Part shown: piece by piece, positions 26,514 to 40,720 of the stretch
How the letters are laid out: each line of letters opens with the position of its first letter
Numbering within the stretch: the stretch's first letter is position 1
Source of the DNA: Octopus vulgaris
Lineage: Eukaryota
DNA length: 64,000 bases
NCBI GenBank assembly: GCA_951406725.2
Contig: OX597817.1
Coordinates: forward strand, 8,370,001-8,434,000
Direction: 5' to 3'
Notes under the pieces: model-generated
The model's database searches: none
Seen by the model: only the letters and a program-made list of their open reading frames with translations
What the model was told of the DNA's origin: nothing
Made by a program: the position numbers and the translations under genes

Positions 26514-27020
26514 GGTGGCTTCCCCCTCGTTATCGAGTATGGCCATTGCACGAAGCTTAATCAATGTTATCGTGCAATACCTGTGCAAGAAGATTTTTTT
26601 TTAAGTGAGAAAAGGCTGTGCACTGAGTCAATCCCACTCACTAAGCAACAGCAGCCATAATCCGAAAAGAAAACAAGTCAACATAATCGGTAACCACTGA
26701 GCCGCAGGTTTTATGTCAGAGTTATCCCACTTACCTGAGTTACCTTCTCCTAGAAGGATGTCCTAACAAAAGCTAGAAGTCATTCACTCCCAATGGTTTA
26801 ACCGCGCGATCGGGTATTCAGTCCGATTATTTCTATGTCCCCGCGCATGATACAGCCTTAAGAAATTTATTAGATGGCCGTTGACTCTCAAGAGTTCCTC
26901 CGCCCTTTGACGGGTTTTGTTTTTCATCCCGCAGGGTGTCCAATAATCCCCCTCCTCACCAAGCAAGCTTGGTGGGGTTGCCAGTTTAGTCGCCGACGGC
27001 CCGACCACACAACACGTTGT
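26514..27020 (-). mobile_element. Non-autonomous RTE-like element with (ATGT)n tail
   Basis: 26870-27020 is homologous to 52575-52715; the minus-strand end ...GAAGCCACC(ATGT)n resembles 53040-53050; the family label is an inference. Confidence 0.45.
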
Positions 27021-27144
27021 ACTGGGTTACATGTTACCAGTAGCACTCGAAAGTGACCTGACATAACATACATACACATACATACATACATACATACATA
27101 CATGCATACATACATACATATATATATATACATACATACATACA

Positions 27145-27178
<34 letters not shown>

Positions 27179-27249
27179 CATACATATACATACATACATA
27201 CATACATACATACATACATACATACATACATACATACATACATACATAC

Positions 27250-27568
27250 ACACTTCCTAAATACCTATCTTGAGAAATTAAGCTTCTCAATACCAGAAAG
27301 GTGAAAGCTGATTCGAAGACTACATCTCCAGTCCATCACTGGAACTGTAAAAATCTGTAAAACTTACCCGAATTATATATGAGCCTGTCTAGACATGCAG
27401 CTATATGCATGAGAGTGCATACATAAAACAAAGCATACAAATCTACACATATACATACATACAAAAATACCCTGTTGATCTTGAAATTCCAATGAAGGAG
27501 CCTTTGATCTAGGTTAGAAACCTGCTCTTTCTTTACTGGCAAGAAATCTTGAAAACTGAAGAATGGCA
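27250..27568 (+). mobile_element. (CATA)n-embedded R4-like 3'-end unit
   Basis: FLNTYLEKLSFSIPER*KLIRRLHLQSITGTVKICKTY plus the same terminal hairpin. Confidence 0.78.
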
Positions 27569-28103
27569 TACATACACATATACATGCATACATACATACA
27601 CACACACACGCGTATACATACATACATACATACATACATACATACATACATACATACATACATACATGCATACATACATACACACACACACGCGTATACA
27701 TACATACATACATACATACATACATACATACATACATGCAAACATGCATGCAACGAGCTTCCACGTACTTACTAAGTACCTAATTCATTCAGAAGGCATT
27801 GGTCGAATTGAGGCCATAATCGAAGGCACACGTGCAAGATTTCACGCAGTAGGACTGAACTCGAAACCGCGTGGTCTCAAGGCGAACTTCTCAACCACAC
27901 ACTCAAACCTACGCCGTTAATTACGTGTTAACATGGTACTATTATCACTGTTTGTTTCGATCAACATTCTCTTACATTCAACAAACTAAACAGAGTGAAA
28001 AAAGGAGCGGCATTACCGCGGCTCTACTTCTACCAATCCTTTTAACGCCACACACCAATACACAGGAAACTCAACGAGAATAACAGACTACCAGTAACCT
28101 TTA

Positions 28104-28530
28104 GATATTACGATTTTATAAAATATTACGAACTTTGAATATTATGACATTCGTAATTTTAAATATTGCGCATTGAGCGGGGGTGGATGGGTTAAACAGC
28201 AACAACAGAAATAACTACGAAGATGCAACACATGCAAGCATATACAGAGGTAAATTCATTCAAAGCCATGCCTCCCACATATATACACACACATATAGAC
28301 GTATAGAAAAATTTAGGTGTTACGATTTTATAAAGCATTACGAACTTTGAATAATTACGTTCGCAATTTTAAGTATTGCGTATTGACCGCAGGTGGGTGG
28401 GTTTAACAGCGACAACAACAACAACAACAACGGAGGAAGCAAGAACGATAGAACATATGCAAGCAGACACAGAGGTATATTCATTCATTCAAAGTCTTAC
28501 TTCCCACACACATACAGACACGTACACATT
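28104..28530. repeat. Diverged tandem duplication (~215-bp unit)
   Basis: TTACGATTTTATAAA..ATTACGAACTTTGAATA...ATTGCG.ATTGA...GGTGG.TGGGTT.AACAGC...CAGAGGTA.ATTCATTCA occurs twice. Confidence 0.75.
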
Positions 28531-28922
28531 GGCCACAACACACACACACGTTCAAACATAAAAGTACACACGAACACAGGCGAACACTGTATAATGTTCA
28601 TCACACACCTACGAAAACTCCCGAAAAAAACAAATATATATAAACTACAGCAACAACAACCACAACAACAACAGAGGTGCTTATAGTTCAGGTACCATAC
28701 TGCTCCCTTCCTAACTAGCTATATTAGGAGATTGTAGGTGCAGCTGGGCGGTGTCTGGGTTTTGATCAAAGTTCTGGTTACATTCCTCTTGGAAGACATC
28801 AAACTATTGAAATCTGACATTTAGGGATTGTTCGCTATTTTGGGAAGTATTGCGACATTGCTTAGTTTAGTTATAGGAAAGTCAAGTGGAGGTGTTGCCA
28901 TACGATCACAGCACTTCCAAAT

Positions 28923-29001
<79 letters not shown>

Positions 29002-29186
29002 TCACTCTCTTTCTCTTTCTATCTCACTCCTTTTCTCTCTCACGCACACTCACAACTTCTTTTAATCACTCCGTCATATGTATCTGTGTAGACGTATCTG
29101 TATATGTATGCCTGCTTGTATGTATATATGTATGTATGTATGTATGTATGCATGCATGTATGAATTTTTGCGTATGCATGTTATGC

Positions 29187-30310
<1,124 letters not shown>

Positions 30311-30452
30311 GAATAAAAATAAAAATGACGTTTTTTATTATTTTTCCACTTCAATAATTCGACGCTTGTAAGTTATTAGGTGCTTCACCTAGTAACTAAA
30401 GCAAGGACTTTCTATTTCTTATTCTACTATATATATATATATATATATATAT

Positions 30453-30863
30453 AGGCGCAGGAGTGGCTGTGTAATAAGTAGCTTGCTTACCAACCACATG
30501 GTTCTGGGTTCAGTCCCACTGCGTGGCACCTTGAGCAAGTGTTTTCTACTATAGCCCCGGGCCGACCAATGCCTTGTGAGTGGATTTGGTAGACGGAAAC
30601 TGAAAGAAGCCCGTCATATATATGTATATATATATATATGTATGTGTGTGTGTTTGTGTGTCTGTGTTTGTCCCCCTAGCATTGCTTGACAACCGATGCT
30701 GGTGTGTTTATGTCCCCGTTACTTAGCGGTTCGGCAAAAGAGACCGATAGAATAAGTACTGGGCTTACAAAAGAATAAGTCCCGTGGTCGAGTTGCTCGA
30801 TTAAAGGCGGTGCTCCAGCATGGCCGCAGTCAAATGACTGAAACAAGTAAAAGAGTAAAAGAG
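30453..30863 (+). mobile_element. SINE family B, full length, flanked by a 44-bp inverted repeat
   Basis: AGGCGCAGGAGTGGCTGTG...GAAACAAGTAAAAGAGTAAAAGAG. Confidence 0.92.
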
Positions 30864-30917
30864 TATATAGTAGAATAAGAAATAGAAAGTCCTTGCTTTA
30901 GTTGCTATCATTCGCCA

Positions 30918-31030
30918 TGATAGATCGCTAGCCACAACACATTCTTTATTTTGTCTTTGTTTCTTTCTGTGTTCCTGTCTGTGGAAGAGCAGAGCATAGG
31001 TTCGAAACGTTAAAGACTTTTTCACTTCCC
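30918..31030 (+). mobile_element. Short hammerhead-like element (copy 3, decayed)
   Basis: CTGTGGA-A-GAGCA-GAGC(ATAG)GTTC-GAAA-CGTT-AAAG; homologous to 36835-36945. Confidence 0.65.
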
Positions 31031-31089
<59 letters not shown>

Positions 31090-31144
31090 AAATCAATTAA
31101 GAGAACTTTGGAAGTCTGCTTGAAATCTAAATTTGCTTTTTATA

Positions 31145-31390
31145 GACTCATGATCATAATGTTTTAGAATCAATTCCTACGCGAGGCAGCGTGCTGTGTT
31201 CTTGAGCAAGACACTTTATTACACTTTGGTCCAGTCCACACAGCTGTAAACCTGTACCAGCCTCGTGCTAGGACATCCCTTAATCTCCCCGGCTTGATGT
31301 GCTGCTTTGTCAAGGTTGAGGGAGTTGAGGAAAGATGGGGTCAAGAAAGTACCTGTGTTTCCCCGGTGGCTATGTAGACATCTAAAACAT
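31145..31390 (+). mobile_element. SINE family D (tail 5), copy 1
   Basis: TTCTTGAGCAAGACACTTTATTAC followed by a tail shared with 31989-32245. Confidence 0.7.
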
Positions 31391-31638
31391 ATATTATACA
31401 TATGTTCCTGATGTCATTTCTATTCTGTGTAAGTCGGACCTTTTTATATGTAAACATATGTACGTTTTTTTTTGTATTAAACGTATTTAATATTATTTAT
31501 ATATCGATTTGCCTAACTTGCTTATCCTTACATTTACTCCTCTATCTGCTCAAGTTTAAATCTCTTGAGCACTATGAAGTGTATTCTATACAGAGAATAC
31601 CTGTCTTTAGTCTCTCTCTCCTCCTCTCTCTCTATCTC

Positions 31639-31688
<50 letters not shown>

Positions 31689-31988
31689 TACATATTTACG
31701 CACCCCTGTATGTATGCGTTCATGTTTGCTTGTGTATGTGTGTGCATGTGTGTGTGTGTTTGTGTGTATGTGTTAAAGTATATTTAGATAAGTAATGTTC
31801 CAAAATATATGTTCACTGTTTGTAGTCTCAGGTTACGTTGGCGGGCCTTCCTCCTTATATTAAGCACATTGGACCATGGGACTGATGCGGACATCACCAA
31901 TGGATTTTGAACTTTCAACCCTGAGTTTGTGAGTAATGTATGTTTGTGCGTTTTTTTCAGCGTTGCCCTTTGTAATAAGCTTATTTTT

Positions 31989-32245
31989 GTGAAGGTGCGT
32001 GACTCAGTGTTCGACTCGTGATCATAATGTCTTAGAATCGATTCCTAAGCGAGGCAGCGGGCAAGACACTTTATTACATCTTGGTCCAGTTTACACAGCA
32101 GTAAACGTGTACCAGCCTCGTGCTAGGACATCCCTTAATCCCTCCGGCTTGATGTGCTGCTTAGTCAAGGTTGAGGGCGTTGAAGAAGGTAGGGGTCAAG
32201 AAAATATCTATGTAAACATGGTGGCTATGTAGACATCTAAAACAT
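31989..32245 (+). mobile_element. SINE family D (tail 5), copy 2
   Basis: GTGAAGGTGCGTGACTCAGTG...GCAAGACACTTT...GGTGGCTATGTAGACATCTAAAACAT. Confidence 0.72.
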
Positions 32246-32849
32246 CTAGACGACACAGACCAAGCCATAATCACTTACATGTGACGCTTGTAATATTTTG
32301 TATTTTTCCTTGACTGTTTTCCCCTAATGTTTTCCTCTCTATTTTTGTTTGATGTTGTTGGTAGAGTGCAACGAAACTACTTCCAATTAAAACTGAAGTA
32401 ACCCGGGGAGTAACAACGCTGTGCCTGTACTGTTAATATAAAAGTTAGAGTTATGAAGTTTGCAACTTCCACTTTTGCAATCAGCTTTAGAAATCTTATT
32501 GTTATTAGGTTAATAGCAGTTTGTTCTTGGTTTGAATACTTGTGCCACACCAGTAATAAGACTTTTAATTTTAGTTTTCATGTAGAATATATTTATTTTT
32601 TCTTTATGGTTTGATGTAATGCATTTTGTGCTCTGTTTTATGAGGTTTTTAAATCGGTGCTAATCTTCGTTAGAGTTACAATATATTTCAGTTATAAAGA
32701 TACTTTATTTGTGGTTTGAATGTATTTGGCATATGATGCATTTATTGCGTGTAATTGTGTCCGCATTGCTTTATGCTTGGCCCATTAGTTAGGAGGTTTT
32801 AGCCAAAAGATATAACGCTGCACCTAAAATTGAGGCTAGTAAACTATAA

Positions 32850-33715
32850 CATCATGCCAGTTATCCTCTACGGAGTAGAAATTTGGACAATGTATATATA
32901 ATTCTTTATTGCCCACAAAGGGCTAAACACAGAGGGGACAAACAAGGACAGACAAACGGATTAAGTCGATTACATCGACCCCAGTGCGAAACTGGTACTT
33001 TATTTATCGACCCCGAAAGAATGAAAGGCAAAGTCGACCTTGGCGGAATTTGAACTCAGAACGTAATGACAGACGAAATACATATTTCTTTACTACCCAC
33101 AAGGGGCTAAACACAGAGGGGACAAACAAGGACAGACAAACGGATTAAGTCGATTACATCGACCCCAGTGCGAAACTGGTACTTTATTTATCGACCCCGA
33201 AAGGATGAAAGGCAAAGTCGACCTCGGCGGAATTTGAACTCAGAACATAACGGCAGACGAAATACTGCAAAGCATTTCGCCCGGTGTGCTAACGCTTCTA
33301 CCAGTTCGCCGCCTTATGGACAATGTTTTTAGCCATGAGAAGAAGACAGAAGCTTTTAAGGTGTGAATATTTTTCAGGATGGCTAGGATAAGCTGGAAAT
33401 GTAGGTTAACAAACAAAGTAGTTGTAGAAACGTTGAAATTTCAAAGACACCTATTGTTGGGAATGAAATATAAAACACTATTATATTATGAACATAGTGT
33501 TCTATGAGTCATAGTCCAAGACCACCCTGACAGGAAGTGTGGAAGGGAAGAAAGCAAGAAGCTGTCAAAAGCTTTTGCGGACTGAGGACATCAAAGAATG
33601 AACTTAAAACAGGAACCTGGCTGATTGTATGAATACAGTACAACACAGAAGGAATTAGGGAATCTTGGCAAGCCAATCTCTGGAAACTGGGAAGGCATGA
33701 AGGCACCTGACCGGT
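32850..33715 (+). mobile_element. Decayed RTE-like LINE 3' region, interrupted by a SINE dimer
   Basis: IMPVILYGVEIWTM and EAFKV*IFFRMARISWK.RLTNKVV motifs (LYG.E.W and RISW are typical of RTE-group RT thumb regions). Confidence 0.65.
32894..33316 (-). mobile_element. SINE family A dimer with 10-bp TSD
   Basis: TGGACAATGT at 32884-32893 and 33317-33326. Confidence 0.92.
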
Positions 33716-34050
33716 GATTGATGATTGCTTGTGCTTCGTTTGTGGAGGAGAATTTCTCTAACAGATAAGGATTTTACCATTGAGATTAGATGTTTGTGCG
33801 AATATTCACCGTTCAATTACATGCGTATATTTTGCGTCAGTGGTGTAAAACGGTTGTGATACATCTGATACTTCATATTTGAATGTGTATGTCTACAAAA
33901 AGAAATCATTGATTGTAGTGCCAGAAGTTTTTGAACGGAGTTTTTTTTTGCCTAGATGCTTTGTTTTAATTTCTCTTTCGCTCTGTTCAGAAACGAGTAT
34001 AGCATAAGAGATCTAGCGAGTGTATTAGTATGAATTATATTTCGATAATA

Positions 34051-34268
34051 TATTTCTTTACTACCCACAAGAGGCTAAACACAGAAGGGACAAACAAGGA
34101 CAGACAAACGGATTACGTTGACCCCAGTGCGTAACTGATACTTAATTTATCGACCCCGAAAGGATGAAAGGCAAAGTCGACCTCGGCGGAATTTGAACTC
34201 AGAACGTAACGGCAGACGAAATACAGCTACGCATTTCGCCCAGCGTGCTGACGTTTCTGCCAGCTCGA
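34051..34268 (-). mobile_element. SINE family A monomer
   Basis: Full homology; ATTATATTTCGATAATA on both flanks. Confidence 0.88.
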
Positions 34269-34371
34269 TATTATATTTCGATAATAGCCTCATAAAATGT
34301 GAACCTGAGAGTGGGCTTATTGCCACTTCACTTTGTAAAACACACACACACACACATACACACACGCGCGC

Positions 34372-34530
34372 GCACGCACAATGTGTTTGCAGTGCCAGTA
34401 CTCATACCAACATTTGGGCTGCTTGATTGGACGCTTGATGAGATCCGAGCCATTGATATGAAAACACGAAAAATACGAACAAGCACACATAATTTCCACA
34501 CAAAATGTGACGTAGACCGCCCTACCGAAA
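34372..34530 (+). pseudogene. R4/Dong-like RT thumb fragment
   Basis: HNVFAVPVLIPTFGLLDWTLDEIRAIDMKTRKI...NFHTKCDVDR matches the N.FA.PV...FG...W...E...D.KTRK...FH...DVDR motif. Confidence 0.75.
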
Positions 34531-34798
34531 ACGCAAACAAGGCGACAGAGGCCTTCTTTCGATCAGCAACCATTAAACAACAACCATCTATACATTCTAT
34601 AATGCATAAATTAAATAATCCTTTCTACTATAGGCACAAGGCCTGAAATTTGGGGGAAGCGACTAGTCGATTACATCGACTCCAGTGTTTCACTGGTACT
34701 TACTCGAAAAGATGAAAGCCAATGCGACCTCGGCGAAAATTGAACTCAGAACGAGGCAGCAGAAGCAATACGGCTAAACATAAAGTATATGACCATAT

Positions 34799-35200
34799 AG
34801 GCGCAGGAGTGGCTGTGTGGTAAGTAGCTTGCTTACCAACCACATGGTTCCGGGTTCAGTCCCACTGCGTGGCATCTTGGGCAAGTGTCTTCTGCTATAG
34901 CCCCGGGCCGACCAAAGCCTTGTGAGTGGATTTGGTAGACGGAAACTGAAAGAAGCCTGTCGTATATATGTATATATATATGTGTGTGTGTGTGTTTGTG
35001 TGTCTGTGTTTGTCCTCCTAGCATTGCTTGACAACCAATGCTGGTGTGTTTACGTCCCCGTCACTTAGCGGTTCGGCAAAAAGAGACCGATAGAATAAGT
35101 ACTGGGCTTATAAAGAATAATTCCTGGGGTCGATATGTTCGACTAAAGGCAGTGCTCCAGCATGACCGCAGTCAAATGACTGAAACAAGTAAAAAAGAAA
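34799..35200 (+). mobile_element. SINE family B, full length (head-to-head with a SINE A remnant at 34618-34775)
   Basis: Homology to 30453-30863. Confidence 0.9.
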
Positions 35201-35566
35201 AAGAAAAAAAGAATATATATATATATACATTCTATAACGTAGATTGCTTTCTGTACGCTATGAAAATACGTGAATAAAATCAAAGACAATTAACTTCTAA
35301 CGGAAAAAGCTGGACAATACAACAGTGTCTATCTTAGCCTACTTTTGACACAGATTGTTTAATCAATTATCTGTACAAATTTGGAGGCCTAAGCAACAGA
35401 TCGTATTTACTCTAAGTTGTTTAAATAAAGCGTAAAAATCAGCTACAAAAATGGCCATCATCTCTAAATAATAAAATTTGATATAAATGGTGGTTGGTTG
35501 GTTAGTTGGTTGATTGGTTGGTTGGTGTCTACTACCAAGCATTACGTCGTATAGTAGAAGAATGAG

Positions 35567-35634
<68 letters not shown>

Positions 35635-35976
35635 GCAAAAAGGATACAGGGAGTTATCGTAAAATGGAGGAACACTGAAATGTCTGAGCAGTGGCAGGAA
35701 AATGGTAACCGTTGTCGATGGACTACAAATGCATAATACATGATTACACACCTCCACACACTTTCTCTCTCTCAGAAATACGCAATCTTCTGTCCACCAC
35801 ACACGCGCACGCGTACACACACACACACACACACTACATAACTACATAACTACGTAATTACTATTTAAGTAAGAGGATAATAAACTTGGCACACTAGTGA
35901 TACCGAGAGGTAAAGAAGTAGTTCCTTTACAAACAAGCACGTATGGATACACACACATCTCTGTCTGTTTGCCTGC

Positions 35977-36038
<62 letters not shown>

Positions 36039-36156
36039 GTGTGTGTGTTGAGGTATATATATATGTGTGTGGATCTATGCTGAATCGAAACATGTGTAGG
36101 AGTCACTAAACAGGTATCGAATTGTACTCCCTCTTCCTTTTGACTCTATTATTTCG

Positions 36157-36211
<55 letters not shown>

Positions 36212-36228
36212 CATACATATATATATAC

Positions 36229-36480
36229 CTTGTGAAAGGTAGGAGAGTCCAGTTTGCTGGACATTGTTGTAGAGCTGAAAAAGAAGTAATTTCTACTCTT
36301 CTCCTCTGGAAGCCATCTACTCGCAATACCAGAGGGCGCACACTCTCCTACCCTGATGTAATCTCCAGGGATACAAGCATCCAGCAGCAGGACCTCCGTA
36401 ATGCCATGATGGACCGTGAAGTTTGGCGTAACATAGTAAATTCCATTGTCTCGACCACGGTCGAACAATGATGATGATGA
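36229..36480 (+). mobile_element. RTE LINE 3' end
   Basis: KGRRVQFAGHCCR...LLLWKP...GR....YPDVI.RD...DL.NAM.DR.VWR, then a (GAT)n tail. Confidence 0.85.
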
Positions 36481-36721
36481 TATATAGACGGAGGTGAGCA
36501 CCTGAGTAACACCTTACCTCACAGTTTCATCAGAGCCTGAAACATGAGGTGCAATTTATTTCAGAAAACAAATACATTTATGCATACATACAGGCAAGCG
36601 TTACCAATGAGAAAACAAATATGCGGGGTATGACATCCAGAGGTTCCTTCCATAATTAGAATAAGATTAATTCTAAGATGTGTATACTGATGGGTATAGG
36701 CAGATATAAAGAAAGTGTGTG

Positions 36722-37025
<304 letters not shown>

Positions 37026-37099
37026 TATATATGAAGTGTATATACATGTAGGTGTGTATGTTCGTATGCTTATGCATGGCTATGTAATAAATGAGTGAA

Positions 37100-37429
37100 G
37101 GGTTAAAACACCATTCATAAATGACCTTGGGATTGTACCTAGAAAGCTGCTCTCCGAGGAACAATCCGAGCAAGGTTGTTTATGGAAGACCAGCAGTCGC
37201 CCATGCATGCCAGCCTCCCCTCTCCACGCCACCAGTGTTATCCAAGGGAAAAGCAAAAGCCGATACAGCTTGGCACCTGTGACGTCGCGACTCATTTCTG
37301 CAACTGACTGAAATAAAGCAACGTGAAATAAAGTGTCTTACTCAAGAACACAACACACAGCCCGGGCCGGGAATCGAACTCAGTACCTCATGAGCCCGAC
37401 GCTCTAACCACTGAGCCATGCACCTTCAC
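37100..37429 (-). mobile_element. SINE family D (tail 2)
   Basis: Head GTGAAGGTGCATGGCTCAGTGGTTAG...GTTCGATTCCC, TTCTTGAGTAAGACACTTTATTTCACG, distinct 3' tail. Confidence 0.85.
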
Positions 37430-37531
37430 TCTATGTTATGATAGTCGATATAAATGTTGGTTGATTGGTTGATTCATTCCTCCAGCCACACTTTACATTG
37501 TCTAGAAAGAGAATGTGCGTGTGTCTGTATA

Positions 37532-37587
<56 letters not shown>

Positions 37588-37948
37588 AGAAAGAGAGAGA
37601 GAGAAGGAGAAAGAGAGAGAGAAGAGCAGAGAGATTGTAAAGATGATACAGAGAGAATGTAAAAGTGGTACAGAATATGTACACATGAAGTTAGATAACA
37701 GGCAATATCAACTTTCTGAAAAATATTATTTTTAACCAAATTTTGCTGACACAAACTTTATTTATTGCAAAATATACAATTTTATTTCATTTCTACTTCA
37801 AAGTTAATAAATATTTTTCTACGAAGATTTGTATTCACTTCATCATTTTGCATAAGCAGCAAAAAATTCGATAGAAGTTAAATTATGGTTATTATAGTTA
37901 TGTTATCTTTCCTGAAATTACACATGGCGGCAAAAGTATATATTTATT

Positions 37949-37982
37949 AAGTTACCTGCTGTGTAACGGGTAATAACTCTAG
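37949..37982 (+). mobile_element. Possible Helitron 3' terminus
   Basis: Hairpin GTTACCTG...CGGGTAAT followed by CTAG|T. Confidence 0.45.
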
Positions 37983-37992
37983 TTTGTGAATA

Positions 37993-38292
37993 ATCTTTTC
38001 TACTATAGGCACAAGACCTAAAATTTTGGTGTGTGGGGACCAGTCAATTACATCGACCGCAGTGTTTCATTGATACTTAGCTTATCGACTCCAGTACTTA
38101 ATTTCTTGACTCCAGTGTTTCACTGGTACTTAATTTATGAACTCCAGCGTTTCACTGGTACTTAATCTATCGGCCCAGAAAGGATGAAAGGCAAAATCGA
38201 CCTTGGTGACATTTGAACTCAGAATATAAAGATGGACAAAATGCTGCCAAGAATTTTGCTCGGTATGCTAACGATTCTGCCAGCTCGCCGCC
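37993..38292 (-). mobile_element. SINE family A with an internal short tandem expansion
   Basis: Repeated ACTCCAG(TGTTTCACTG)GTACTTAAT units within the body. Confidence 0.8.
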
Positions 38293-38462
38293 TATAGTTT
38301 CTTAATAATGATTAAGATAATGAGTAATAATGAACAAATTTCGAACGACCAGTTAAAACAGCATCCAGACGACAGAATGTACTTCGAGGGCAGAAGAAAT
38401 CTGTTCCTTTATGGGAAAAATGCTTGACGGAGACAAACAATTACAAAGCAAAGAAACATCGC

Positions 38463-38810
38463 AGGCGTAGGAGTGGCAGTGTGGTAGGTAGCTTACTAAC
38501 CAACCACATGGTTCCGGGTTCAGTCCACTGCGTGGCATCTTGGGCAAGTGTCTTCTGCTATAGCCCCGGGCCGACCAATGCCTTGTGAGTGGATTTGGTA
38601 GACGGAAACTGAAAGAAGCCCGTCGTATATATGTATATAGGTGCAGGAGTAGCTGTGTGGTAAGTAGCTTGCTAACCAACCACATGGTTCCGGGTTCAGT
38701 CCCACTGCGTGGCATCTTGGGCAAATGTCTTCTGCTATAGCCCCGGGCCAACCAATGCCTTGTGAGTGGATTTGGTAGACGGAAACTGAAAGAAGCCTGT
38801 CGTATATATG

Positions 38811-38841
<31 letters not shown>

Positions 38842-39052
38842 TTGTGTGTCTGTGTTTGTCCCCCTAGCATTACTTGACAACCGATGCTGGTGTGTTTACG
38901 TCCCCGTCACCTAGCGGTTCGGCAAAAAGAGACCGATAGAATAAGTACTGGGCTTACAAAGAATAAGTCCCGGGGTCGATTTGCTCGACTAAAGGCGGTG
39001 CTCCAGTATGGCCGCAGTCAAATGACTGAAACAAGGAAAGAGAGTAAAAGAG
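38463..39052 (+). mobile_element. SINE family B with a duplicated 5' half
   Basis: Head and CORE-like region at 38463-38630 and again at 38638-38810, then one tail. Confidence 0.9.
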
Positions 39053-39374
39053 TATCTCAGAAGGTTCTAGTTCCTGTTACTCATACTCAAGGAAAAGACG
39101 AAAGGGTACAATATTGCGTGGTTGATTTGTGCAGTGACTGTGTCTTTCTGCTTCATTGAACTTTGTAGTTCCTGATATAACCCCGCCATGCCCCGTCAAA
39201 AAAAAAAAAAAAAAGAGACAAGGCGGTTGTAACACAAGTCATCATCGTTCTGCTATAAACAACAACAACTGTACATGATATTTCAGAAGTCCAGAATAGG
39301 TGAGGCATTTGGTGATGGCAAGAAACTGCGAACGTATCCTCGGTGATGATGATGAGGCAGATGGTGATTATCGC

Positions 39375-39409
39375 CCTCGTCGTCGTCGTCGTCGTTGTCG
39401 TCGTCGTCG

Positions 39410-39485
<76 letters not shown>

Positions 39486-39750
39486 CACCACCATCATCAT
39501 CACCATCACCATCACCATCATCATCATTGTCGTCATCATCATTATCATCATCATCATCAGCAGCAGCAGCAGCAAAACAGTAACAACAACAACAACAACA
39601 GCAACAGTATCAACACCACCAACAACAGCAGCAACAACAGCTTCAACATCATCATCATCTTGTTGTCGTTGTTGTCGTCGTCGTCGTCATCATCATCATC
39701 AACAGCAGCAAAGCAACAACAGCAAAAAACATCATCATCATCATCACCAT
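39375..39750. repeat. Compound trinucleotide tract (CGT/CAT/CAG/CAA)
   Basis: Direct reading. Confidence 0.92.
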
Positions 39751-39959
39751 TTTTTACTGCGAGCTTTCCCTGCACAATTGGCTGAAGCTTCCTCTGTCTA
39801 TGCCGTGTGCAGTGTTTTGTTTCGGTTCTGATATTCCTTTTACTTTATTATAAGTACCGCATGCAATAAACGTGCAATATCTGGCACTGCTATTTGCAGT
39901 ATATTATAAATATTTGTACGTCTTAAGGTTTGAGGGTGTATATATTTCTATGCAATCTT

Positions 39960-40260
39960 TTATGTTATCATTCTTAAAGCATCTACTATTATAGGAAAAG
40001 TTTCCGTTTTCAGACCCCACCTTCGCGTCATTTCTATTTATAGATTATTATATTTGGATAATTTCTCCACCTCTTCCAGAAATACATTTGTCATCTTCCA
40101 GAAGTGATATGCCGATTAAGAATCTTTTGTTTTCCTCGTTTTCCTTGACAACGAAATCTGGTAATTTAGTCTTGATCTTTCTGTCTGTGTGTATGGGTAC
40201 ATCTCAGAGTATAGTTGTTTTGTCATTCTTGGAAAGCTTTTTCCGTTCGTATTTTGCTGT
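39960..40260 (-). pseudogene. Decayed R4/Dong restriction-like endonuclease fragment
   Basis: TTIL*DVPIHTDRKIKTKLPDFVVK...EKLSKYNNL*IEMTRRWGLKTETFPIIVDAL parallels the element at 23322-23990. Confidence 0.72.
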
Positions 40261-40395
40261 GCTGGCATAATTGGCCTGTTTTTGCAGATCAATAATTCTC
40301 CGTGCGACCCGCTTTTTAATTATTTAACTACGTAAAAAAAAGAAGAAAAACCCAGAAATTTAATATTGTTAACATTTCTCTTATTTTTAAGCATT

Positions 40396-40720
40396 ATCTT
40401 TTACTTGTTTCAGTCATTAGACTGTGGCCATGCTTGAGCACCGCCTTGAAACTTCTACTCGAATGAATCAACCTCAGAACTTGTTTTTTTAAGCCTGGTA
40501 CTTATTCCGAACTGCTAAGTTACGGGAACGTAAACACACCAACACCGGTTGTCAATTGGTGATGGGGGGACAAATACACACATACAAACACACAGACGTA
40601 TATATATATATATACGACGGGCTTCTTTCAGTTTCTGTCTATCAGATCCACTCACAAGGCTTTATGACGACACTTGCCCAAGGTGTCACGCAGTGGGACT
40701 GAACCCGAAACCATGCGGTT
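40396..40720 (-). mobile_element. SINE family B, decayed
   Basis: CTTTTACTTGTTTCAGTCATT...CTTGCCCAAGGTGTCACGCAGTGGGACTGAACCC. Confidence 0.82.
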
